64,000 bases of DNA from an uncultured Pelagibacteraceae bacterium (lineage in GTDB: Bacteria > Pseudomonadota > Alphaproteobacteria > Pelagibacterales > AG-422-B15): the NCBI GenBank assembly GCA_902611715.1, contig CACMAQ010000001.1, forward strand, positions 26,720-90,719, in the 5' to 3' direction. Each line of letters begins with the position of its first letter. The stretch's first letter is position 1. Below are positions 10,397 through 18,852 of this stretch, in pieces. The notes below the pieces were generated by a model. The model was not told where the DNA came from. It made no database searches and worked only from the letters and a program-made list of their open reading frames with translations. Position numbers and translations under genes: made by a program.

Positions 10397-11475
10397 TTTT
10401 TTTCGATATATATTGATTGAGAAGGAAAAGCAAAGCCAGCGCCATTTTTCTCGACAATTTCTTTTATTTCTAAAGCTAATTTTTCTTTGATCTCTAACCA
10501 CTCACCCCAATTTGTAGTTGTTGCAAAACAGTAAATTAACAAATCAATTGAGCTATCTGAAAATTTTTCAATTCTTACAAACAATGGCTGTTCGGAAGAT
10601 TTAACAAAATTACCATCGCTTGTGATGTAGTCATCTATCTCGTCTCTAATTTTTCTTAACTGGTCACGTGTAGTCCTATATTCTAAGCCAATATTCCAAT
10701 ATATACGCCTACTTTTCATATTGCTAAAATTTGTGACAGCATTTTCTGCAAAATTAAAATTTGGAACCATAACAGGTGAAGAGTCAAATCTTCTAACTAA
10801 TGTTGATCGAAAACCTATTTTTTCCACTACCCCTTCAACAATGTTTTCAACTTTAATCCAATCTCCATTTTGAAATCGTTTCTCTAATAAAATTAAAATT
10901 CCTGATATCAGATTTTTAAATAAATCTTGGGCACCCAAAGCCACAGCCACACTGAGAAGTCCCAGTCCAGCTAGAATTGGTCCAACCTTGATACCCCATA
11001 TTTCTAAAACAGCAGCTGCCCCAATAACAAATATGAAGAATTTTAAAATTCTTACTCCCCAATCTATGAGATCATTTGTTAGTAATTCTCCCAATTTGTG
11101 AACAAATGACGAAATCGGATCAATAATTTTGTATAAAAACCAAAATATTTGAATTGTTATGAGTGAACGATTTAAATTTGCAGCAAACAGTTCAAGAGTT
11201 GTATTTAAATTTAAATACTGAGTACTTATGTATACACCGATTACTACAGGAAAAAATCTGAGAGGGCCATCAAAAGCCTCAAGCATCGCATCATCTATCT
11301 TAGTCTTGGATTTTTTTACAACAACTTTTAATCTACCGATCACAATTTTTGAAAAAATTGACCTTAAAATTACAAATATAAAGAGTATTATTATTGCTAC
11401 TAAAATATTATTAAGATCAATACCAAAAACCCCCTGGTTCCATACGGATGATACTAATTTTGAAAAATTTTCCAT
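10393..11475 (-). CDS. Mechanosensitive ion channel (MscS family)
   Basis: 360 aa with N-terminal TM helices. The pore-helix region GAQDLFKNLISGILILLEKRFQNGDWI is typical of MscS. Confidence 0.75.
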   Translation of the reverse strand: MENFSKLVSSVWNQGVFGIDLNNILVAIIILFIFVILRSIFSKIVIGRLKVVVKKSKTKIDDAMLEAFDGPLRFFPVVIGVYISTQYLNLNTTLELFAANLNRSLITIQIFWFLYKIIDPISSFVHKLGELLTNDLIDWGVRILKFFIFVIGAAAVLEIWGIKVGPILAGLGLLSVAVALGAQDLFKNLISGILILLEKRFQNGDWIKVENIVEGVVEKIGFRSTLVRRFDSSPVMVPNFNFAENAVTNFSNMKSRRIYWNIGLEYRTTRDQLRKIRDEIDDYITSDGNFVKSSEQPLFVRIEKFSDSSIDLLIYCFATTTNWGEWLEIKEKLALEIKEIVEKNGAGFAFPSQSIYIEKN

Positions 11476-11517
11476 TTGCTAAACATACCTTATTTGTTTT
11501 GTTAAGAACAGATTTAG

Positions 11518-12381
11518 TTAGGCGAGAAAATTATTAATTTCACTTGCAACATCCTCAGTTTTTTCAAGTGGAAGCATATGCGATGTCTTATCAATAAAAC
11601 AAATTTCAGTTTGAGGATTTAATTTTTTAATTCTATTTTGACTTGTCTCATTACAAACAACGCTGTTAGGAGTGAGTATAATCTTTATTGGAATATTAAT
11701 TTTCTTTAAATCAAACCAAACCTCGTGCGAGGTAAGCTTAAAGCAAGCTGACTCCCAGCGTGGGTCACATTTTAAAACATATTTGTTTTGGTCATTTTTT
11801 TTAAGTCCATATTGTACATAGTCTGTGATTATCTTTTCACTAATATTTTTAAAAAGAGGCTTACTAGAAAAATATTTATGAGCTTCAGCTTCGCTATTCC
11901 ACAAATTACGTCTAATCAAAGCATTCTTTGAAAGAGGACTTGCTAAATGTGCAAGATTAACAATCTGCAAAAGCTTGTATGAAATGATATACCGCAATGG
12001 CAATATGACTGGATCTATGAGGATTAGTTTCTTTACTAATTTAGGTTTTGAGAGAGCGAGCAGCAAGCTTGCAGTGCCTCCCATTGAATGCCCAGATAAA
12101 GTTACTGGTTCATTATGTTTTTTAATTAATTGCTCTAAATCATCTCTGAAAGTATACCATGACTTTAGTTTATTAGAGTCTGCCATCAAATCGGTTTCGC
12201 CATGACCACGCATATCATATGTTATAACCTCGTATGAATTATCAATTTTATTTAAGAGATCTGTATACGCCTGCCCACAGAAACCATTAGCATGAGAAAA
12301 ATATAGTATATCGCTTGTTTTTTTTGATCTTCTGTAAGTTACGATATTACCAGTGTCAATTTTGACATTTTCTTTAATCAT
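11518..12381 (-). CDS. Alpha/beta-fold hydrolase
   Basis: It carries the GHSMGG nucleophile elbow and an HANGF oxyanion region. I place the start at M26 (12381) because the longer track start overlaps the upstream gene. Confidence 0.65.
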   Translation of the reverse strand: MIKENVKIDTGNIVTYRRSKKTSDILYFSHANGFCGQAYTDLLNKIDNSYEVITYDMRGHGETDLMADSNKLKSWYTFRDDLEQLIKKHNEPVTLSGHSMGGTASLLLALSKPKLVKKLILIDPVILPLRYIISYKLLQIVNLAHLASPLSKNALIRRNLWNSEAEAHKYFSSKPLFKNISEKIITDYVQYGLKKNDQNKYVLKCDPRWESACFKLTSHEVWFDLKKINIPIKIILTPNSVVCNETSQNRIKKLNPQTEICFIDKTSHMLPLEKTEDVASEINNFLA

Positions 12382-12385
12382 TATT

Positions 12386-12811
12386 TTAATGACATGACTC
12401 GTTATATTTTTTGAGTCTGTAATAATTATATGGAAGCGGGGTAATAAATCCCGCAAGCAGCATAAAAGGAATTATTGTAATAGTAAGAACTCCGCCAGCA
12501 AATATTAAGTCTGTGGCATTCATAGCTATTTCCATGCTGATCATGCTGATGAAACTCATTTTAAATGCAATACTAATTGCTTCAGCAAAAATAAATGTTT
12601 TCATTAGAATTATGGTTTCTAATATAATGCTAGTAATCAAGCCATTTAGTATTGCGAGCAACATCACCACATATATAGATAAAGAGTGATCAATGATTTG
12701 AAAGTAATAAATTGTTCCAAAGTCACCAATACTGCAGCCTATCAAACACCACATTGTATTATAGCTTGCTTTTTGCCAAGTATGTTTACACGTCCAGCTA
12801 ATATCAAACAT
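12386..12811 (-). CDS. DUF4396 membrane protein
   Basis: 141 aa with 4 predicted TM helices. The WCLIGCSIGDFG motif is recalled from DUF4396. Confidence 0.6.
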   Translation of the reverse strand: MFDISWTCKHTWQKASYNTMWCLIGCSIGDFGTIYYFQIIDHSLSIYVVMLLAILNGLITSIILETIILMKTFIFAEAISIAFKMSFISMISMEIAMNATDLIFAGGVLTITIIPFMLLAGFITPLPYNYYRLKKYNESCH

Positions 12812-13019
12812 GATTTTTCAAAAATTCTTTTTTTCTTTCTATAGTATCTTCTATTACTAACTGCTTTTCAGAGTTACTCATTTTTACCCAATTAGTTATT
12901 TCAAACTGCTCCCTAAAACAACCAATGCAAACATTCCCATCCATGAACTCTTTTTTGTACTTACAAATTTTTACACATGGACTACCGATATATTCAGTGT
13001 TTTCTTTAAAATGGGCCAT
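12804..13019 (-). CDS. DUF1289 (YdhL-like) small Cys-rich protein
   Basis: 71 aa. The SPCVKIC...CIGCFR...W pattern matches DUF1289. It overlaps the downstream DUF4396 gene by 8 nt. Confidence 0.6.
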   Translation of the reverse strand: MAHFKENTEYIGSPCVKICKYKKEFMDGNVCIGCFREQFEITNWVKMSNSEKQLVIEDTIERKKEFLKNHV

Positions 13020-13096
13020 TTGCTATATAAATTAAACTTTCAGCTTGATTTATTTATATATTTCAATAAAAAGCAACATCAATTCCAAATATTATT

Positions 13097-13753
13097 ATGG
13101 CACGAATTACTGTTGAAGATTGTATAAAGTTGATAAATAACCAATACGATCTAGTCATATTAGCTAAAGAAAGAGCTGTTCAATTAGGCAGAGGAGCTAC
13201 TCCAGCTGTTGATCCTGAAAATGATAAAAAACCTGTTATTGCTCTTCGAGAAATTGGAGAGTCAAAAATAACTGCTGAAGAGTTAAAGGAAAGTATTGTG
13301 TCGAAGCTTAGACAAATACCTGATTATGAAGAAGAGGAAGAGCTAGAAGAAGTTGATAATGATACTTTCAGACAAATGTATCAAGGTGGTTTATCAAAGT
13401 CAGAAATGGAAAAATCGGCTACGAGAAAATTTACTGCTCGTTCACCAAGAGTAGAGTCTAGAGCAAAGCCAATTGAAGAAGTTATTCAACCACAGCCATC
13501 CTCTGATGAAATAGTTCCAAGCGATGATGAACTTGAAAGAATTGAACAAGAAAATTCTGAAATAGATATAATCAATGATGTAGAAAGTTCAGAGGTAACA
13601 GAAGAGCCTATATCATCAAGTGAATCCATGAATGTATCTGAGGTTGAGGAAACTGAAATAAATACCATTGAAGCAGAAGAGGTTTCAGAGAGTATCGACA
13701 CAGTTCCTGAAACTGAAACAGCAATTCAAGAAAAAAACGATACAAAAGAATAG
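13097..13753 (+). CDS. rpoZ: DNA-directed RNA polymerase omega subunit with long acidic C-terminal extension
   Basis: The N-terminus MARITVEDCI...YDLVILAKERAVQL is canonical omega. Residues from about 80 to 218 form a continuous E/D/S-rich tail in the same frame. Confidence 0.8.
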   Translation: MARITVEDCIKLINNQYDLVILAKERAVQLGRGATPAVDPENDKKPVIALREIGESKITAEELKESIVSKLRQIPDYEEEEELEEVDNDTFRQMYQGGLSKSEMEKSATRKFTARSPRVESRAKPIEEVIQPQPSSDEIVPSDDELERIEQENSEIDIINDVESSEVTEEPISSSESMNVSEVEETEINTIEAEEVSESIDTVPETETAIQEKNDTKE

Positions 13754-13761
13754 TTGCCGTC

Positions 13762-14892
13762 ATGAATTTTGATTTCTCAGATGATCAAAAGCTTCTCCGT
13801 GATCAAGCAAGAAAATTTTTATTCGATAAGTGTGATCGCAAATCAGTAAGAACAGTTCTTGATGACGATCAACTGCATTACCATAAAGAACTATGGTCAC
13901 AAATATCTGAAATGGGTTGGACTGGAACTGCAATTCCAGAGGAATATGGTGGACTCGGTCTCGGTATGTTGGAACTATGCGTTATTGCAGAAGAATTGGG
14001 AAGATCTTTAGCTCCTACACCATTTTCGTCATCAATATATTTATTTGCAGAATTTATAAAAAACTATGGTTCTGAAGATCAAAAGAAAAAATTCTTACCA
14101 TCAATTGCATCTGGTGAAAAAATAGGCACATTTGCACTATCAGAAACAAATGGAACTCCAAAACCATCAAATGTAAAGACGAAGTTTTCATCTGGAAAAA
14201 TTAATGGCTACAAATCACCTGTAAGTGATGGAGAGTCAGCTGACTTTCTAATAATCGCTGCCAATAGCGATGATAAGGGAAATAGAAATTCACTTTCATT
14301 ATATATTATCGATTTAAATCAAGATGGAGTAAGCAAAAAAAGCCTTGAAACAATTGATCCGACGCGACCTGCATGTAGTATTAATTTTGAAAATATAGAA
14401 GCCGAACTACTTGGTGAGCAAGGAATGGCATGGGACATGACAGAAAACATACTTAACAGAGCCGCGGTTTTATATTCATTTGAGCAAGTTGGAGGAGCGC
14501 AAGTTTCTCTGGATGAAGCAAAAAAGTATTCAATGGAAAGGTTTGCTTTCGGAAGACAAATTGGTTCATTTCAGGCTTTAAAGCATAAAATGGCAGATAT
14601 GTATGTTAAAATTGAATTAGCTAGATCTAATGCATACTATGGTGCATGGGCCTTGAGTACCGATTCCAATGAATTACCAGTTGCTGCAGCAGGTGCAAGA
14701 GTGAGTGCATCTGACGCCTTTAATTATGCCGCAAAGGAGAATATTCAAATCCACGGAGGAGTGGGTTTTACCTGGGATTATGATTGCCACTTGTTTTATC
14801 GCAGATCAAAACTACTTTCTTTAAATATTGGCAGTACAAGGCAATGGAAAGAAAATTTAATTTCAAATCTTGAAAAAAGGAATATAGTTTAA
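13762..14892 (+). CDS. Acyl-CoA dehydrogenase family protein
   Basis: 376 aa with an ACAD N/M/C domain pattern (GWTG, ...QIHGGVGFTWDYD...). Confidence 0.8.
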   Translation: MNFDFSDDQKLLRDQARKFLFDKCDRKSVRTVLDDDQLHYHKELWSQISEMGWTGTAIPEEYGGLGLGMLELCVIAEELGRSLAPTPFSSSIYLFAEFIKNYGSEDQKKKFLPSIASGEKIGTFALSETNGTPKPSNVKTKFSSGKINGYKSPVSDGESADFLIIAANSDDKGNRNSLSLYIIDLNQDGVSKKSLETIDPTRPACSINFENIEAELLGEQGMAWDMTENILNRAAVLYSFEQVGGAQVSLDEAKKYSMERFAFGRQIGSFQALKHKMADMYVKIELARSNAYYGAWALSTDSNELPVAAAGARVSASDAFNYAAKENIQIHGGVGFTWDYDCHLFYRRSKLLSLNIGSTRQWKENLISNLEKRNIV

Positions 14893-14894
14893 TT

Positions 14895-16178
14895 ATGGAC
14901 TTTAATGACTCACAGCAGGAAGCTGCATTTAGAAAAGAGGCTAGAGATTTCCTTGAGGCAAATGCCGAAAAGAGATCAATCATCTCTGACAAACCGAATG
15001 ATAAAAACCCTCAAATTGCTGTTGCAGGCGCCCCTGAAACAGTTAAGGGCGGCAAAGAAGCTGCGCAAGAGGCACTAGAACGAGCTAAAGTGTGGCAAAA
15101 GAAGAAAGCTGAAGCAGGTTTTGCTGCCATCTTATGGCCAAAAGAATTTGGTGGTTATGGTGGATCACCAATACAACAAGTTATCTACTCACAAGAAGAA
15201 CATGATTACTTGGTTCCTTCTGGATATTTTGAGATTGGAATTGGTATGCTTGGACCTACTATGATGGTGTGGGGTAAAGATGAGGATAAAAAAAGATATT
15301 TACCTAAAATGATCACAGGTGAAGAAATATGGTGCCAGCTTTTTTCAGAACCTTCAGCAGGATCAGATTTAGCTGGAATTAAAATGAAAGCTGAAAAGGA
15401 TGGCGATGAGTGGGTTTTAAATGGGCAAAAAGTTTGGACATCTGGAGCACACTTTGCTGATTATGGAATGATAGTTGCAAGATCAGATCCATCTGCCTTA
15501 AAGCATAAAGGCCTTACTTATTTTTATCTAGATATGAAAACTCCTGGCATAGAAATAAGACCAATTAAGCAGATATCAGGTACCTCAAATTTTAACGAAG
15601 TCTTTTTCAATGATGTAAGAATCCCTGACAGTCAAAGACTAGGTGGAGAAGGTGAAGGCTGGAAAGTTGCGCTTACTACACTTATGAATGAAAGACTTGC
15701 TGTTGGCGACCCTCCAGGACTTGATTTTGATCAAATATTTGAGGCGACTAAAGAATTAGAAGTTGAAGATGGTCTAGCAATCAAAAATAGTGAAGTTAGA
15801 CAGAAAATGGCTGACTGGTATGTTCAATCTCGCGGTTTGCAATATACAAAATTTAGAAGTATTACTGCTTTATCAAAAGGTCAGACTCCAGGTCCAGAGC
15901 TATCAATAAGCAAACTTGTTACAGCGTCAAAAATGCAAGATGTGTCAGCTTATGCGCTCGAACTGATGGATTCTTCAGGAATGGTACATCACGATCAAAA
16001 CCCTGTATTAAAGAACTTATTTCAAAATGGATATTTTTTCTCTGCGGCAATGAGAATTGCTGGTGGCACAGATGAAGTTCTTCGTAATATTATTGCAGAG
16101 CGAGTTCTTGGGTTACCACAAGATGAAAGAGCGGATAAAAAAGTTCCATTTAACGAACTTCCTTCTGGCAAAAACTAA
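14895..16178 (+). CDS. Acyl-CoA dehydrogenase family protein
   Basis: 427 aa. WCQLFSEPSAGSDLA, NGQKVWTSGA and the C-terminal GGTDEVLRNIIAERVLGLP are ACAD-type. It starts 2 nt after the previous ACAD gene. Confidence 0.8.
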   Translation: MDFNDSQQEAAFRKEARDFLEANAEKRSIISDKPNDKNPQIAVAGAPETVKGGKEAAQEALERAKVWQKKKAEAGFAAILWPKEFGGYGGSPIQQVIYSQEEHDYLVPSGYFEIGIGMLGPTMMVWGKDEDKKRYLPKMITGEEIWCQLFSEPSAGSDLAGIKMKAEKDGDEWVLNGQKVWTSGAHFADYGMIVARSDPSALKHKGLTYFYLDMKTPGIEIRPIKQISGTSNFNEVFFNDVRIPDSQRLGGEGEGWKVALTTLMNERLAVGDPPGLDFDQIFEATKELEVEDGLAIKNSEVRQKMADWYVQSRGLQYTKFRSITALSKGQTPGPELSISKLVTASKMQDVSAYALELMDSSGMVHHDQNPVLKNLFQNGYFFSAAMRIAGGTDEVLRNIIAERVLGLPQDERADKKVPFNELPSGKN

Positions 16179-16185
16179 GCTCTAA

Positions 16186-17037
16186 GTGTTTACAACGATA
16201 TTTAGCAATGTTGCCTCTGGCGACTTGCTATTTTCTTTAGTGTTATTGGTTAGTACTGGTATTTTTGCTGGATTTATTGCAGGGCTTTTTGGAATTGGAG
16301 GAGGTGTAGTTGTTGTACCTGCTTTATACTATATCTATACACTAGCAGAAGTAGATGAGAGTATAAGAATGCACTTGGCTGTTGGAACTTCCCTTGCAAA
16401 TATTGTTCCAATTTCAATTATATCAGCAATAAATCATCATAGAAGAGGTTCAGTCAATTTAGATTTTTTAAAATTTATTTTTTTGTCATTATTAATCGGA
16501 GTGATTTTTGGGTCGATTGCAGTATCCTTTCTTGAAGGTAGCAGCCTAATACTAATTTATTCTATAATCTTATTTTTTGTTGCTCTTCAATTTTTCTTTT
16601 GGAAAGATGAATGGAGATTTGCAGATAAATTTCCAAACAATTTAAAAGGTCATGGCTATGGATCAACAATTGGTTTTTTATCTGTAATAATAGGTGTTGG
16701 TGGTGGCTCAATAAGTATACCCATCTTAAAACTTTATAACTTCGATATACACCGTGCCATTGGAACCGCTGCTGGCATTGGAACAATAATTGCTGTTCCT
16801 GGTACAATTGGTTTCATTATAGCTGGAATTCAAAATAATGTATCTCTACCACTAACTTATGGATATGTAAGTTTAGTGGGTTTAATTTTAATAACGCCCA
16901 TGACAATTATAGGCGCCCCTTTAGGAGTAAGATTTGCCCATTATCTCTCCAAAGCTAAATTAAGTTTTATTTTTGGTTTATTTATTTTATTTATGTCCAT
17001 TCGATTCTTTATTGAATGGGCATCATTAACATCATAG
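16186..17037 (+). CDS. TSUP (TauE/SafE) family anion exporter
   Basis: 283 aa with about 8 TM helices. The duplicated G(I/V)GGG(V/S) motifs are typical of the TauE/SafE family. GTG start. Confidence 0.7.
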   Translation: MFTTIFSNVASGDLLFSLVLLVSTGIFAGFIAGLFGIGGGVVVVPALYYIYTLAEVDESIRMHLAVGTSLANIVPISIISAINHHRRGSVNLDFLKFIFLSLLIGVIFGSIAVSFLEGSSLILIYSIILFFVALQFFFWKDEWRFADKFPNNLKGHGYGSTIGFLSVIIGVGGGSISIPILKLYNFDIHRAIGTAAGIGTIIAVPGTIGFIIAGIQNNVSLPLTYGYVSLVGLILITPMTIIGAPLGVRFAHYLSKAKLSFIFGLFILFMSIRFFIEWASLTS

Positions 17038-18540
17038 TTTTTGGTCGTATTCTCCAACTTTGCCAGTTTCATTTAAAAGTGTGTTAATGTATTTAAAAAT
17101 CATTTTAACTTCTTCATTTGAAAAAAGGCTTTCGATAACTATAACTAAAGATGGCTTATTTGATGACGCTCTAATTAATCCCCATGATCCATTGGATAAG
17201 CTAAATCTAATTCCATTTACTGTATTTGTTTCAACAATTTCAGAATCTGCAACTTTTGTTTTATTGTCTAGGTCTTGAATTATTTTATTTGTAATTTCAT
17301 CTACAACCACATATTTTTCTTCATCCTTACAGAAAGGCGCCATAGTAGGAGATTGATAGGAAGTATTTAACTTTGAATACAATTCAGACATACTCTTATT
17401 TTTATAGTGATCCAAATATTCAATCATCATAGAAGCTGATCTCAAACCATCGTCAAAGCCCAGTCCTAAGGGCTTACCAATGAAAAAATGACCACTTTTT
17501 TCAAAACCGCATAAAGCATTTATTTCTTTAACTCGCCTCTTCATATGTGAGTGACCAGTCTTCCACATATCAACAGTGCAATTATTTTTCTTCAAAATCT
17601 CATTATTAAAAAATAAACCAGTCGACTTTACATCGATAACAAATTTTGAGCTTGAATATTTCTCAGATAAATACTCTGAAAGCATTAATCCTATTTTGTC
17701 AGAAAATATTTCATTACCTTCATTGTCCACAACCCCAAGACGATCGCCATCGCCATCAAAAGCAAATCCTACATCTGCATTATTATCTTTTACGGTTTTT
17801 GCAAGATCATTAAGCATTGTTAGATCTTCTGGATTAGGATTATAATTAGGGAATTTAAAATCTAAATTGCAATGCAATTCAATTACTTCACATCCAATGC
17901 TTCTTAACAAATCAGGGGCAAATGCACCTGCTGTTCCATTACCACAAGCTAAAACAATTTTTAAATTTCTTTTTACTGATTGTGTGCCCTTTAGATATTT
18001 TAGATATGCTTCACGAATACCATTTTTAAACTCGTAGCCGCCGTTATTTGACGCAATAAAATCATGACTATTTTCAGTAATAGTTTTTATTTTTTTTATA
18101 TCATCAGGACCAAATGTAAGTGATTTTTCTATTCCACATTTTATCCCAGTCCAACCATTTTCATTATGGCTTGCAGTTACCATAGCAAGACTATCGGTAT
18201 CTAAGTGATGTTGGGCAAAGTATACCATTGGCGATAAAGCTAAACCAACATCGATTACTTTGAGACCGCTTGTCAATAACCCTTTTGTTAGATGATATTT
18301 TACCTCAGCGCTGTATGATCTATAATCTTGACCAATAACGATTGATGAGCCTTGACCTTTAGAATTACTTATATATTTTCCAAGACTGAAACCAAATATT
18401 TCCAATCCTTTTTTGTTTATTTCCTCTGGATAAAGCCAACGTGCATCATACTCTCTAAAACCGTTTGGAGATATTTGAGCCTTATCTAAACTTTCGTTAA
18501 AATCAAAAGAGAGAGGTCTTTGATTTTCAAAAATTTCCAT
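17032..18540 (-). CDS. Phosphomannomutase/phosphoglucomutase (alpha-D-phosphohexomutase)
   Basis: 502 aa with the active-site TASHNENGW, the Mg site FDGDGDR and a GEKSGH sugar-binding loop. Confidence 0.85.
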   Translation of the reverse strand: MEIFENQRPLSFDFNESLDKAQISPNGFREYDARWLYPEEINKKGLEIFGFSLGKYISNSKGQGSSIVIGQDYRSYSAEVKYHLTKGLLTSGLKVIDVGLALSPMVYFAQHHLDTDSLAMVTASHNENGWTGIKCGIEKSLTFGPDDIKKIKTITENSHDFIASNNGGYEFKNGIREAYLKYLKGTQSVKRNLKIVLACGNGTAGAFAPDLLRSIGCEVIELHCNLDFKFPNYNPNPEDLTMLNDLAKTVKDNNADVGFAFDGDGDRLGVVDNEGNEIFSDKIGLMLSEYLSEKYSSSKFVIDVKSTGLFFNNEILKKNNCTVDMWKTGHSHMKRRVKEINALCGFEKSGHFFIGKPLGLGFDDGLRSASMMIEYLDHYKNKSMSELYSKLNTSYQSPTMAPFCKDEEKYVVVDEITNKIIQDLDNKTKVADSEIVETNTVNGIRFSLSNGSWGLIRASSNKPSLVIVIESLFSNEEVKMIFKYINTLLNETGKVGEYDQKL

Positions 18541-18579
18541 TTTTTTCTTGCTTTGTAATTTCGAATATACAATAGTTTC

Positions 18580-18735
18580 AATGTTGGTTCACGTAAAGTG
18601 AATAACAGGGAATAAGGTTTAAAGCCTTAACTGTACCCGCAACTGTAACTCAAGAGTTTAAGTGCTTGTACCACTGATATTTCGGGAAGGTGCATTTAAA
18701 CGTTGACAGAGAAGTCAGGAGACCTACCAACAATT
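18580..18735 (+). promoter_or_regulatory. Cobalamin (B12) riboswitch aptamer
   Basis: Conserved blocks are AACAGGGAA, GGTTTAAAGCC, CCCGCAACTGTAA (18636-18648), CCACTG...GGGAAGG and the B12 box AGTCAGGAGACCTACC (18713-18728). P1 pairs GTTGGT (18583-88) with ACCAAC (18726-31). The downstream GTCATCCT (18739-46) is complementary to the RBS AGGATGAC (18840-47). Confidence 0.85.
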
Positions 18736-18852
18736 TTAGTCATCCTCAAATAATCGGGATAATTATTTGGACTTTAAGCAAGTAGCGATGACTTTTTAAA
18801 AATCGCTATGACTTTTAAGTCGTCGTAGAATAAAAAGAAAGGATGACAGCTC

